Shown here in pieces: positions 10,730 to 22,200 of a stretch of 64,000 bases of DNA (its first letter is position 1; each line of letters begins with the position of its first letter). The stretch is taken from contig OZ241857.1 in the NCBI GenBank assembly GCA_965203315.1, positions 992,001 to 1,056,000 on the forward strand, in the 5' to 3' direction. The position numbers and the translations under genes were made by a program. The notes under the pieces are model-generated. The model saw only the letters and a program-made list of their open reading frames with translations. It searched no databases and was not told the origin of the DNA. The DNA comes from Nitrosopumilus sp. Its GTDB lineage: Archaea > Thermoproteota > Nitrososphaeria > Nitrososphaerales > Nitrosopumilaceae.

Positions 10730-11077
10730 ATGGAAGGAAGGTTAAACATCAACGTCTCTACAGTAGACTATGATAAGACGAGTAAGGCTTTGACCTATCA
10801 ACTTGCACTACTAGAAGAGATGGTTCATGGAGAGGACGAGTTTGTCATGACGGATTCAGAGTTTGCTTTTGGGTGGCACTTTTTTGTACTAGGCGTAAAC
10901 AAGTCGATGATTAGCAAGTTGGCCGAGATGATGGGGCCTGACTTTGAGAGGATCAAAGGCAAGGGAATGGAGAAAAAGTTCCTAACATGGTTGACAAACA
11001 AGATTGGTGATAAATCCCCTAGATTCAAACTTGCAATCAAAGAAGAGATGGAATCTAGCAAGTATGGGATATTTTAG
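10730..11077 (+). CDS. Hypothetical protein
   Basis: Clean 115-aa ORF with host-like codon usage and upstream TATA-like element. Confidence 0.7.
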   Translation: MEGRLNINVSTVDYDKTSKALTYQLALLEEMVHGEDEFVMTDSEFAFGWHFFVLGVNKSMISKLAEMMGPDFERIKGKGMEKKFLTWLTNKIGDKSPRFKLAIKEEMESSKYGIF

Positions 11078-11100
11078 AGCATAACGCACAAGCCAATTTT

Positions 11101-12843
11101 ATGTGGCATATACTAAAGATTAATATCATAGTACAATTGTTTATACAAACATTGCTAGTATACGAATTATATTTACAAAACAAAGATTCTGGTAGTGAGT
11201 CTGGAAAGGGAAATCCAATAAAAAAGATCTTTATCGACAAAGATGTTATCGAGATAGATGATACTCCAATAGACAAGTATGGCAAAGAGTGTACAGCAAA
11301 CCACATAAAAAATTGGCTACAAGAAAACTTGGACATGCCTATCGATATTAGAAGAGAGGTTGGCCTCCCAAACAAAATTGTTGCATCAAATGCAGCAAAA
11401 CCATATATCACAATATATGGATATATCAATCTGAACATCAAAGACAAAAAAGGTAAGAAAGAGATCTCGGGTAGAATAACACTAGGAGATAAAAAAAGAA
11501 AACCATATGCAGAGTTATCTTTTCCTGAAAAAGAGATAGAGATTGACAGTATCGACACCAAATTAAAAATAAACGACTCGGAATATTTTACATCAGACGA
11601 GGTCACACTATATGAGCAATATCACAAAAATCAGATAATTCGAAATGGAAACTTGCCGGCTGAGCTCTTTGAAAAGATTGCTCAAGAGTTTTTCAAGTAC
11701 ATTTTAGACAAAGAAGTTGAACCGCCCAATGGTAAAACTGCATTTCATTTATACATACTTCCAAATAATAGTCATATCAAATATGTACCAAAAAACCAGA
11801 AAAAAGACGAACCAGAAACGATTGATGCGTTTGGAGAAACAGGCACATGGTCCAACAAACGATCACAAGGCGTGACTTTTTTTTCATATGATGATAAAGC
11901 ATTTACTATCAACTGTAAGGAAAAAGAAGAATTTTATAAGAATGTTGGAATTAATGATTCATCATTGGAAAATATTTTTCTTCCTGAAAAAAATAAAATA
12001 AACATAGTCGGATTTGAGTGGTATTTTCTTAACGTAAAAGATCAAAAAGAGGTTTTTCAAAAAGGTGGAATTTATGAACAAATATATACAAACTATCAAA
12101 AACTTAAGCAAGACAACATAGAACAAAATGCGTATTGTAAAATACTTTGTGTTAAAAAAACGCAAGCAAAACGAGAAGTGTTGATAGACGAAAATCTGAC
12201 AATGGGCATGATGGATCAGATCTTTAAAGGTGTCACAGAAAAAGATCTAGTTCCGTCAGCATATGAAAGATTGATTGTTACTCGTAGAAAAAAATCAACA
12301 TATCGCTATTATATTCAAGCCATAAAATCGCTACTAAATCAGACATCGTTTGACCGAGAACAGTTGAATAAAATATTCATAGAACAGATTCGGATCAAGA
12401 TACGTGAGTGGATAAAGGCAAAGTCAGACAACGAGCCCATAGAATGGTTCAACCAATTCGAGTTTTGTTACAAAACATTAATATATACTGAAAAGGGAAA
12501 AGATATCATGGACTATGAAAAATTTGCTGAAAATGTAGGAAAAATGTCCAGAGAGTATATTACGTTTAGAAAAAAAGTTGGAAGCGACAATAATTCATTA
12601 CGAGATATTTTGACAAAGACGAAATATGACCGAGAAACACTAAAGTTTGTGGTAAAAACAATCTCAAGAGGCATACATTTGACAAATACAACTAATAAAC
12701 AAGAGTTAGAGAAAATTGACAATAAAATATCTAAATTGATGTCATCGTCACAGATCGATATTGATCAAAACAAAGACATTGTAAATAGAGACATGTCATA
12801 CTATTTTTACCTAGGCTATTTTAGGAGGCAAGAAACAAATTGA
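11101..12843 (+). CDS. cas8: CRISPR type I large subunit (Cas8b-like, divergent); start codon uncertain
   Basis: About 570-580 aa, first gene before cas7/cas5, helical C-terminus ending YYFYLGY; call rests mainly on position. Confidence 0.7.
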   Translation: MWHILKINIIVQLFIQTLLVYELYLQNKDSGSESGKGNPIKKIFIDKDVIEIDDTPIDKYGKECTANHIKNWLQENLDMPIDIRREVGLPNKIVASNAAKPYITIYGYINLNIKDKKGKKEISGRITLGDKKRKPYAELSFPEKEIEIDSIDTKLKINDSEYFTSDEVTLYEQYHKNQIIRNGNLPAELFEKIAQEFFKYILDKEVEPPNGKTAFHLYILPNNSHIKYVPKNQKKDEPETIDAFGETGTWSNKRSQGVTFFSYDDKAFTINCKEKEEFYKNVGINDSSLENIFLPEKNKINIVGFEWYFLNVKDQKEVFQKGGIYEQIYTNYQKLKQDNIEQNAYCKILCVKKTQAKREVLIDENLTMGMMDQIFKGVTEKDLVPSAYERLIVTRRKKSTYRYYIQAIKSLLNQTSFDREQLNKIFIEQIRIKIREWIKAKSDNEPIEWFNQFEFCYKTLIYTEKGKDIMDYEKFAENVGKMSREYITFRKKVGSDNNSLRDILTKTKYDRETLKFVVKTISRGIHLTNTTNKQELEKIDNKISKLMSSSQIDIDQNKDIVNRDMSYYFYLGYFRRQETN

Positions 12844-13763
12844 TCAAATCTGAAATACTCTTCTACTACGAATCAAGACAAAATCCAAATGGGGATCCGG
12901 ACGCAGACAATCAACCACGGATTATGCATGATGACACAATTATCGTAACAGATGTAAGAATAAAAAGAACTATACGTGATTTTGCAAAAGAGAAACACGG
13001 TTATAAGCTCTTTGTAGATTATGGAAAAGATGGCAACCCGGTAAGAGCAGACGAACGAGCAAAAGAGATACGTGAATCTGCAGAAGATAAAACAAAAGGC
13101 TACATTGAAACACTGCTTGAAAACACATTCGATGTTCCACTATTTGGCGGTTTAGTAACAATACGTGGCAACACAGAAGATGAAGAGTCTGGAGCAGACA
13201 AAATTACTGGTCCGGTTCAATTTGCAATTGGGAGAAGTGTCAATAAAGTCAACATAATTCAACCATCAATCACTGCGAGATTTGTTGGGCGTGAAAAAGA
13301 AGGTAAAGTTCAGCACTCCACCATTGGAAGATTCTATGCTGTAGAATATGCGTTGCTAAAGATCATGGGGGCTATAAATCCTACAAATCTTGGAAAATAT
13401 CATAATGGATCAATTAAGACAAAATTTGAAAAATATGTTGACGAACTTCCATTGATATTATGGGACGGTACAAATCAGTTAATCACGAGATCAAAATATC
13501 CACAAAAAAGCATCTTATTCATCCAAGTTGATTACAAGGATGTCATATATAATGATCTAGGCGATCTAGTAGACGAAAACGATTCATTAAAAGATCGGCC
13601 TACCGAACTCGGTATCCAACCATTAAACTTTGATAGACTAGTATCAACATTAAACCAACGAAAAGATAAGATCTATAGGCTAAGAATAAAATCAATCGAT
13701 GACGTGAACATATCTACACTCACAGAGAAATTGGATAGCAGTATCACTGTTGAATTGTTATAA
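12840..13763 (+). CDS. cas7: Cas7 (Csh2-like, type I-B)
   Basis: NPNGDPD.DNQPR, VTDVRIKRTIRD, DVPLFG, TGPVQF. Confidence 0.93.
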   Translation: MIKSEILFYYESRQNPNGDPDADNQPRIMHDDTIIVTDVRIKRTIRDFAKEKHGYKLFVDYGKDGNPVRADERAKEIRESAEDKTKGYIETLLENTFDVPLFGGLVTIRGNTEDEESGADKITGPVQFAIGRSVNKVNIIQPSITARFVGREKEGKVQHSTIGRFYAVEYALLKIMGAINPTNLGKYHNGSIKTKFEKYVDELPLILWDGTNQLITRSKYPQKSILFIQVDYKDVIYNDLGDLVDENDSLKDRPTELGIQPLNFDRLVSTLNQRKDKIYRLRIKSIDDVNISTLTEKLDSSITVELL

Positions 13764-14506
13764 TGACAAAGATAATCTCGTTTGACATAACTGGTCAATT
13801 CGCATCGTTTAGGGATCCATCAATCACATCAAATCAAACAGTGTACTATATACCATCAAAATCATCAGTAATAGGAATATTGGGAGCCATAACAGGTGTT
13901 GTTCGTAGCAACAAATTAGGTGATTTATACGCTAAAGAATATGTAGAATTTTTTTCTCAGATTCAAATTGGCATACAGTTGCTAAACAATCCAAAAAAAA
14001 TCACATATTTTACAAATTATCGTTCATTAAAAGATGCAAAAACAAAACCGGTAAAGAAAGAGATACTAGAAAAACCAAGATATAGGATTTATATCAAAAG
14101 TTCTACAGAAATGCTAGAAAATATAAAGCAAACCACAATAAACAACACATATCATTTTTCACCCTATCTGGGTCACGCATATTGTCCTGCAACAATAACA
14201 AACACCCAAATATATGATGCACAAAGAATTGATACTGTAAATGATGAAGAGACCGAATGTGTAATATTAGATGAAGCAGAAAATTTTAATGAGAATTTTA
14301 ACATATCGTTACAAATAAAATTTGATGAGGGCTCAGTTATGATCGAGCGACATTTGCATCATTTTATTAAAGAAAATCAATTAGAGAAAAGAGTCTTAAA
14401 ACATTGGGTACCCATAGAATCATCTACGTGCATCATTGAACAAATAGAGAAAAATACATTATCAGAATTTTATAAAATTGGTCAAAAGGTGTGTTGTATC
14501 TTTTGA
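13763..14506 (+). CDS. cas5: Cas5 (type I-B)
   Basis: FDITGQFASFR..YYIPSKSSVIGILGAITG; PYLG. Confidence 0.92.
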   Translation: MTKIISFDITGQFASFRDPSITSNQTVYYIPSKSSVIGILGAITGVVRSNKLGDLYAKEYVEFFSQIQIGIQLLNNPKKITYFTNYRSLKDAKTKPVKKEILEKPRYRIYIKSSTEMLENIKQTTINNTYHFSPYLGHAYCPATITNTQIYDAQRIDTVNDEETECVILDEAENFNENFNISLQIKFDEGSVMIERHLHHFIKENQLEKRVLKHWVPIESSTCIIEQIEKNTLSEFYKIGQKVCCIF

Positions 14507-16668
14507 CTTTTTTGTCACATTATGATATGCGATTAATTGATCATTTGAAAACAGTAGCAGATAGATCAGAAGAAATTGTAAAATACACTAAATTTGAATC
14601 GAGTAAAATCGCATACATCTCAGGACTTTTTCATGATTTAGGGAAGCTAAACCCGTATTATCAAAAAATGTTTGCAGAAGAACCTGGTAGAGAAAAAGAA
14701 GTAAAAAAAGAGCTAGGAAAAGAATATGATGAATTTCATTCGCCATACTCTCAATGGTTATCAAGTAAACTGCTTAAATCTACAGAGTTATCTGCTCAAG
14801 AAAAACAAATAATATTAATGATGATTTATTCTCACCACGGAGTCAAACGAAACAGCCTTGGAAAAGACCGCAATAGCGATAAAAGTCGAAATACTAAACG
14901 CCACATAATAGATAACTGGAAAAAATTTATAGAATTATACGCCAATACAGATGAGTTTAAAAAATTTAATACAAATATTGAACTTGATGAGCGCGATAAA
15001 ATTCACAGAGTTGGCAATTTAAAGGTGAGAAATGAACAGTCATATCTAGAAGAGTTCATTGAAATTTCTTATCTATTTTCTGCCTTATTACAAGCAGATA
15101 AAGGAAGTTTTAGTGACAGTAAACCAAAAAAAATCGATTTTTGTATAAATACAAAAAACTTGGAGAAAAATACCAAACTGGGAGACTATAGAACTAAATT
15201 TCAAAATCATGTATTAGAATCAATCAAGTCACATAATAGCCCAATAACTATTATAAATGCACCAACAGGAATTGGTAAAACAAAAGCATTTCTAGATATT
15301 ACCAATTATTTACTAGAACAATCATCAGGCATAGAGAGAGTATTTTATTTTGCTCCATTACTAGCTCTCACGGATGATTTTGAAAGTAAATTTAAAGAAT
15401 GCATACCAGATGAGAGTCAATGTCTTACATACAATCATATCTATTCCGGTACTCTAGATAAGAAAGATAATGACAAGCATGAAGAAAATAATGAACCAAC
15501 ATGGAAGTTTGATCAAGAAGCATTTAATGAGAAATTCATAATAACAACCATGCATAGACTTTTGATGACTATATATTCAAATAAAAACAGAGATAGTATG
15601 AAGTTTGCGTCATTAAGAGATTCTTTATTAATTTTAGACGAAGTTCAAACATTGCCAAAATTCCTCTTAAAAAATTTGTGCGAGATTTTTAAAATAATGA
15701 AAGACAAGATGAACACTAGAATAATTCTACTAAGTGCAACAATACCACATGAGTTATGTGGATTAGATACAATTAAAATGAATGAGCAAGATAAACATGC
15801 GTATCTTAAAACACGAGAACGTGAGATCATTATTTGTGATAGAGTAGATATTAGTGATATGTCACATGGAGCAAATTTAATCATGGTCAACACAAGAAAA
15901 GAAGCAGTTACAAAATTTGATGAAATGAAAACTAAGAGCAAAAACGTTTTCTATATTTCGTCAGGTGTGACTAAAGAAAAGCAGAGAGAGATATTAACAA
16001 AAATTAGAAAAGAAATAGATGAAAAAAGAGACTTTATTCTAATTGCAACTCAGGTAGTTGAATCAGGAGTAGATATCAGTTTTTCAAATATATGGAGACA
16101 GATGGCGCCTTTAGACAACATCATACAAATGATAGGTAGATTAGATCGAGAAAACGAAAATAGTGCAAGTAAGATGTACATATTTCCAGCTAAAAACTCG
16201 ACACCCTATTCTACACTAGAATTTCAAACCTCAAAAAAATATTTAATGAACATAAGTAATTCTAGCCAGTTGTACCAAATACTACCAGAATATTACAAAG
16301 AGATATCAATGGAGAATAAGACCCAGCTTGAAAACTCTATAAAATTAGAGAACAAGATTAAATGTTTGGATTTTAAAGAAGTGTGGAACATAATACATAA
16401 ACATCTAATTCAAGATTATAACGAGTCAGTCTATATACCAAACAAAATAGAGGATTGGGAATCAATTCGTGATGATTTACTATCTAACAAGAAACGAGAT
16501 CTCAGAAAACACAGCAAATTGATTGCATCACTACCAAAAAATCCATATGATATCAAAGATTTGTTTGATGAAGACTTGTTTGAGAAAAAGATACTATATC
16601 CTAAAAAAGATAAAGTAAAAGATCTATATGATGAACACATAGGGTTGGATAAATGGAAGAGACAATAA
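14491..16668 (+). CDS. cas3: Cas3 HD nuclease-helicase
   Basis: HDLGK HD domain, APTGIGKT, DEVQ, LSAT, ATQVVESGVD, Q..GR..R. Confidence 0.95.
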   Translation: MLYLLTFLSHYDMRLIDHLKTVADRSEEIVKYTKFESSKIAYISGLFHDLGKLNPYYQKMFAEEPGREKEVKKELGKEYDEFHSPYSQWLSSKLLKSTELSAQEKQIILMMIYSHHGVKRNSLGKDRNSDKSRNTKRHIIDNWKKFIELYANTDEFKKFNTNIELDERDKIHRVGNLKVRNEQSYLEEFIEISYLFSALLQADKGSFSDSKPKKIDFCINTKNLEKNTKLGDYRTKFQNHVLESIKSHNSPITIINAPTGIGKTKAFLDITNYLLEQSSGIERVFYFAPLLALTDDFESKFKECIPDESQCLTYNHIYSGTLDKKDNDKHEENNEPTWKFDQEAFNEKFIITTMHRLLMTIYSNKNRDSMKFASLRDSLLILDEVQTLPKFLLKNLCEIFKIMKDKMNTRIILLSATIPHELCGLDTIKMNEQDKHAYLKTREREIIICDRVDISDMSHGANLIMVNTRKEAVTKFDEMKTKSKNVFYISSGVTKEKQREILTKIRKEIDEKRDFILIATQVVESGVDISFSNIWRQMAPLDNIIQMIGRLDRENENSASKMYIFPAKNSTPYSTLEFQTSKKYLMNISNSSQLYQILPEYYKEISMENKTQLENSIKLENKIKCLDFKEVWNIIHKHLIQDYNESVYIPNKIEDWESIRDDLLSNKKRDLRKHSKLIASLPKNPYDIKDLFDEDLFEKKILYPKKDKVKDLYDEHIGLDKWKRQ

Positions 16669-17309
16669 ACATATGTTATTCTAAAATTAGTGTAGATTCA
16701 GACATTACACTTACAGCTACACAATTACGTTCATACATAGGATATAGATTCATTACAGATACAGAATTTCATCATCACGATGATAGACCATACCATTACC
16801 CACTAATACAATACAAGAGAGTGCGAGGCCAGCTATATGTTATGGGTATTTCGAATTGCTCTAGACTTGTGTTTGATAGAGTGTCAGGATTACAATATAT
16901 TGTACTTGCTAAAAAAAATATCCCTATTACAAATATTATATTTGAAAATACAAAACATAGGTTAACAGATGAAATCACGACATATTCATTTTCAAGTCCT
17001 TGGATTGCATTAAATACAGAAAACTATACAAAATTTAAAAATATTGATTCTCGATTCAAAAAAAGGTTTTTAGAAGATATTTTAGTCGGTAACTTGTTAA
17101 GCATGCTTAAAGGTTTAGATATTAGAATAAGTTATCAATTATATGTAAATATAAAATGGTACAAAGAAATACCCATTATTGCACATAAACACAGTTTTTC
17201 TGGATTTCATGCAAATTTCACAACAAATTTATCATTACCAAAATATATAGGATTAGGAAAAAGTGTGTCAAAAGGGTTTGGTATCATTCATAGACACAAT
17301 CAGGCATAA
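16653..17309 (+). CDS. cas6: Cas6 crRNA endonuclease (Cas6b-like)
   Basis: FHHH..YHYPLIQYK, PWIALN and the glycine-rich loop GLGKSVSKGFG. Confidence 0.9.
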   Translation: MEETINICYSKISVDSDITLTATQLRSYIGYRFITDTEFHHHDDRPYHYPLIQYKRVRGQLYVMGISNCSRLVFDRVSGLQYIVLAKKNIPITNIIFENTKHRLTDEITTYSFSSPWIALNTENYTKFKNIDSRFKKRFLEDILVGNLLSMLKGLDIRISYQLYVNIKWYKEIPIIAHKHSFSGFHANFTTNLSLPKYIGLGKSVSKGFGIIHRHNQA

Positions 17310-17352
17310 AAAGTATCGACAAAATAATAAAGTAGTCAATACACCCAACAAT

Positions 17353-18333
17353 ATGATCATAGAGATTGCAACTCATGGATCTAGTATCAAAAGGAGACGA
17401 GAGAGATTTTTGATAAGGATCCCAGATCAAAAAGACTCGGAAATATCTGCAGAAAAAGTCAGTGCCATATTAATAAGCGCTAATGCTATGATAAGCACAT
17501 CAGCAGTAAAACTTTGTATAGAAAGACACATACAACTAGTCATAACAGGTTGGTCAGGTAAACCTATTGCACGAATGTGGACGAGTTCGCCTGGACGACA
17601 AACTCAAATTCGAAGGCAACAATATTTAAATTATGATACTCAATTTGCATTTGAAACAATCAAACAGATATTGATCGAAAAATTAGGAAGACAAAAACGA
17701 TTTTTAAGTGAATTAAAACGAAACAGAAAAGACGAAACAATTGTAAAGAATCTCTCAGAGGCGATAATTTTTTTTAATAAAATTATACATGAAGTTAAAG
17801 ATTCAAAATACAACAAATCATTCGCTAATAGCTTTTTAGGATTTGAGGGTAGTTGCGCAGTAAGATATTTCAGTATGTTATCAGCATGTTTGCCAAAAAA
17901 ATGGCGATTTTTAAAGCGAACACAAAATCCTGGATTAGATCCTTTTAATGCAGCTCTCAATTACATGTATGGAATTGCATATTCAAACATAGAAAAAGTG
18001 GTAGTATTGTCAGGTTTAGATCCTACTGCAGGATTTTATCATAAAGATAATTACGGAAAACCAACACTAGTATTTGACTTGATCGAACCATGTAGACCAA
18101 TAATTGATAAATCATTAGTATATTTGTTTAATCGACGTATTGTGAGAGAAGGCTGGTTTGCAAATTCAGCAAGTCCATGTACATATGTTGAATTAACAAA
18201 AGAGGGTAGATCTGAGCTAATCTCAACATATAGAGAAAATTGCCAGAAGAATATTGAAAAAGAGACGTGGAACAGATGTCAAAATCTGACAAAGTCACTT
18301 CTAGAACTTGATAGAGAGGTTGATATAAAATGA
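17353..18333 (+). CDS. cas1: Cas1 integrase
   Basis: GFEG..A..YF, DPFNAALNYMYG, GLDP..GFYH, LVFDLIEP.RP..D; ATG at 17353 preferred over the track start. Confidence 0.95.
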   Translation: MIIEIATHGSSIKRRRERFLIRIPDQKDSEISAEKVSAILISANAMISTSAVKLCIERHIQLVITGWSGKPIARMWTSSPGRQTQIRRQQYLNYDTQFAFETIKQILIEKLGRQKRFLSELKRNRKDETIVKNLSEAIIFFNKIIHEVKDSKYNKSFANSFLGFEGSCAVRYFSMLSACLPKKWRFLKRTQNPGLDPFNAALNYMYGIAYSNIEKVVVLSGLDPTAGFYHKDNYGKPTLVFDLIEPCRPIIDKSLVYLFNRRIVREGWFANSASPCTYVELTKEGRSELISTYRENCQKNIEKETWNRCQNLTKSLLELDREVDIK

Positions 18334-18626
18334 AATCAATTTACTATGCGGTATATGATATTAGTCAAGATGGCATACGTGAAACAGTGATAAATATACT
18401 AAAAGATGCTGGGTTGAGTCGAGTACAAAAGAGCGTCTTTTGTGGAATGATTTCCAATCAGGAGAAGAAAGATTTAGCTGAAAGAATAAAAAGAATAATA
18501 GACGCTGAGACTGACTCGTTTTATTTAATTATGAATTGCAATCGATGCTTTGAAAAAGTCATACTCATTGGAAACGACTTTGATCTTCAATACGTTACAA
18601 ATAGCAAGCCCTCAATGGTGTTTTGA
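18330..18626 (+). CDS. cas2: Cas2
   Basis: YAVYDIS and RVQKSVF motifs. Confidence 0.95.
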   Translation: MKSIYYAVYDISQDGIRETVINILKDAGLSRVQKSVFCGMISNQEKKDLAERIKRIIDAETDSFYLIMNCNRCFEKVILIGNDFDLQYVTNSKPSMVF

Positions 18627-18627
18627 G

Positions 18628-19215
18628 ATGATTACGGTAACAACGGTTGTTGAGCATGTGTTTTGTCCAAAGTTCACATATTATGGTCAAGTCATGGGTC
18701 TAGAGCAATACGAAGAAAAGCGAGGCACTGTAATTTCCGGAAGAGAACATCATAGTAAATCAGAAAAAACAAATAGAAATTTTATCCCGCAAAATCTGCA
18801 AGGAGAGAAGATCACGTCCTTAAAGATGTATTCAAAGAAACATGGCTATGTTGGGATAGTAGATCACTGTGTAGTAACTAGTAACGAAGTAGTGCTTTTT
18901 GAGCGTAAATATACAAGCCAAGTAAAAGTTCATGATAGTCTCAGGGTCCAACTGGGCTTACTTTCAATACTACTAGAAGAGAATCTCGCCAAGCCAGTTC
19001 ATAGGGCATTTGTAATATTTACCAAAGATGACACCAGAACGCAGATCGAAGTAGAGATCGATGCTGGTATGAAAGAGTTTGCCATAGATAGTCTGAATGA
19101 TGTCAAAAAAGTTATCAAGGAGTCCCTACTACCAGTATCCCATTATGACAATCGGTGCGTAAATTGCTGTTATAACAAAATATGTGATGTAGGTTCATTA
19201 AATAGTCCAAGATAA
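18628..19215 (+). CDS. cas4: Cas4 exonuclease
   Basis: FCPK, GIVD..ERK, QL and C..C.Y..IC Fe-S ligands; ATG at 18628. Confidence 0.92.
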   Translation: MITVTTVVEHVFCPKFTYYGQVMGLEQYEEKRGTVISGREHHSKSEKTNRNFIPQNLQGEKITSLKMYSKKHGYVGIVDHCVVTSNEVVLFERKYTSQVKVHDSLRVQLGLLSILLEENLAKPVHRAFVIFTKDDTRTQIEVEIDAGMKEFAIDSLNDVKKVIKESLLPVSHYDNRCVNCCYNKICDVGSLNSPR

Positions 19216-19294
19216 TTTTATATTAATGACATATGAAAACCAATATCATGTAATATTGAGCGTTGTTTAGGCATTTATAGCAAAAAAACGGGCT
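19216..19294 (+). promoter_or_regulatory. CRISPR leader (short, AT-rich)
   Basis: Non-coding gap between the cas4 stop and repeat 1; TTTATATTAA box; degenerate repeat is at the opposite end of the array. Confidence 0.7.
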
Positions 19295-22200
19295 GTCTGA
19301 ATGAAACTTCTACTAAAACAAAGATTGAAACTATAATAAAAAAAGGAGTGGGGTGATGTTGGCTAGTCTGAATGAAACTTCTACTAAAACAAAGATTGAA
19401 ACTAACCACCACTCCTTTTTTTATTCACAAATATTAGTCTGAATGAAACTTCTACTAAAACAAAGATTGAAACACCAAGTGTCAATAGCGTGATAATAGC
19501 GTGTCAAAGTCTGAATGAAACTTCTACTAAAACAAAGATTGAAACATCGCTTGACCGTGTTTAGTACGTGCTTCCAAATTAGTCTGAATGAAACTTCTAC
19601 TAAAACAAAGATTGAAACTAACATACCACACCCAAACCACGACGCATACAAATGTCTGAATGAAACTTCTACTAAAACAAAGATTGAAACCCGCTTGTTT
19701 TCAGGAATCCACGTGTCGACATGTTAAGTCTGAATGAAACTTCTACTAAAACAAAGATTGAAACTTCTTTGCTTCATGAAATCGTTCTTTCCAATTGTCG
19801 TCTGAATGAAACTTCTACTAAAACAAAGATTGAAACCACGGTGTCTGACCGTGATAATATCCACACATTCTAGTCTGAATGAAACTTCTACTAAAACAAA
19901 GATTGAAACTGGTCATCAGCGTATATACAACTGTGTGGTGTTGGGTCTGAATGAAACTTCTACTAAAACAAAGATTGAAACTCCGATAGTGAGCGGTGTT
20001 TTCTATTGGAATGAAGTCTGAATGAAACTTCTACTAAAACAAAGATTGAAACCTCAACGTGATGTCTGGCTTGATTTGCTTTTGCCTGAGTCTGAATGAA
20101 ACTTCTACTAAAACAAAGATTGAAACCTGTTTGTAGTTGCGTAGCCTGTTTGATTTTTTGCGTCTGAATGAAACTTCTACTAAAACAAAGATTGAAACGT
20201 AAATGGATCACATGTTCTCTTTTTGCTTATGCAGTCTGAATGAAACTTCTACTAAAACAAAGATTGAAACAACAGGTGATGACAACACAGTACATCACCG
20301 TACTTGTCTGAATGAAACTTCTACTAAAACAAAGATTGAAACTGTAAAACATCTAGAGCGCGAGAACGAAGCGATGGTCTGAATGAAACTTCTACTAAAA
20401 CAAAGATTGAAACTCCTGTCGTAACGTCCACTCCTGAAGTCTTGAGCAGTCTGAATGAAACTTCTACTAAAACAAAGATTGAAACGACATCTCATGCTAT
20501 TTTCTCTAGAGACACTAGAGAGTCTGAATGAAACTTCTACTAAAACAAAGATTGAAACCATATTTTTATGCGTTATTTAAACGCAAAATAAAAGTCTGAA
20601 TGAAACTTCTACTAAAACAAAGATTGAAACTCATCTGATTCGTTTAATGCCCATAGGTATTTTTCGTCTGAATGAAACTTCTACTAAAACAAAGATTGAA
20701 ACATCACCTATTGATATAATGTAATATGTGATTTAGTCGTCTGAATGAAACTTCTACTAAAACAAAGATTGAAACCAATATCTGGGATATAATACGTATA
20801 TTAAGCTTCAGTCTGAATGAAACTTCTACTAAAACAAAGATTGAAACTCGATACGCCATAGCCCTCACTATTTGGCACCTCATGTCTGAATGAAACTTCT
20901 ACTAAAACAAAGATTGAAACATGCCCTCCCAGCGATAATCGTCCACATTGCGTTTGGAGTCTGAATGAAACTTCTACTAAAACAAAGATTGAAACTCTTG
21001 TGCCTTCTATCTGCCTCTTTAGCAGCTTGTGTCTGAATGAAACTTCTACTAAAACAAAGATTGAAACAGCGTACATGGGTATTTTTTGGGCTTTTTTTCT
21101 CTGTCTGAATGAAACTTCTACTAAAACAAAGATTGAAACTGAACTAAAAACTATACAGGTGTTGGTTTCGGTCAATAGTCTGAATGAAACTTCTACTAAA
21201 ACAAAGATTGAAACTCGGCGCAGTCTATTACGTCTTGGATTGCTTCCTCTGTCTGAATGAAACTTCTACTAAAACAAAGATTGAAACCGATAATTGAGGA
21301 ATAAAAAAAGAAAAGGGGTGATGTGTCTGAATGAAACTTCTACTAAAACAAAGATTGAAACAGTATTATCCTCCTTTTTTTTATCCAAAAATCGTAGTCT
21401 GAATGAAACTTCTACTAAAACAAAGATTGAAACTCATCAACGCTTTGATCATGTCGTCCAATGCTTGACCCGTCTGAATGAAACTTCTACTAAAACAAAG
21501 ATTGAAACCCCTCTTTTTCTCATGTTTGTTCATTTTTTCCAACTTCGTCTGAATGAAACTTCTACTAAAACAAAGATTGAAACACGCAAAATAAAATCTG
21601 AATATTGGGATCTGTACAGATCGTCTGAATGAAACTTCTACTAAAACAAAGATTGAAACATGATTTTTTCAAGGATAAATCCTTGTGGTGTCTGTGGTCT
21701 GAATGAAACTTCTACTAAAACAAAGATTGAAACAACGCATATATGCGTACCCATTTTACGATCACCCGTCTGAATGAAACTTCTACTAAAACAAAGATTG
21801 AAACTGGACAAGTACGGTAATTTTTTACATACATGGTTTGTCTGAATGAAACTTCTACTAAAACAAAGATTGAAACGGATAGATCGCAATTCAGACCCAC
21901 AAGGACTTCATAGTCTGAATGAAACTTCTACTAAAACAAAGATTGAAACTCGTAATATCTGTAATAATACATGAAGCATCTAGAACGTCTGAATGAAACT
22001 TCTACTAAAACAAAGATTGAAACTTTCGCGATCTGTTTCATTCGATCAGATCGCGCGATCGCGTCTGAATGAAACTTCTACTAAAACAAAGATTGAAACA
22101 GAGATCTGTTAAGAGATCTCAAAAGCCTAAAAAGGTCTGAATGAAACTTCTACTAAAACAAAGATTGAAACAGTCAAATATCGCATAAAAATATGCAAAA

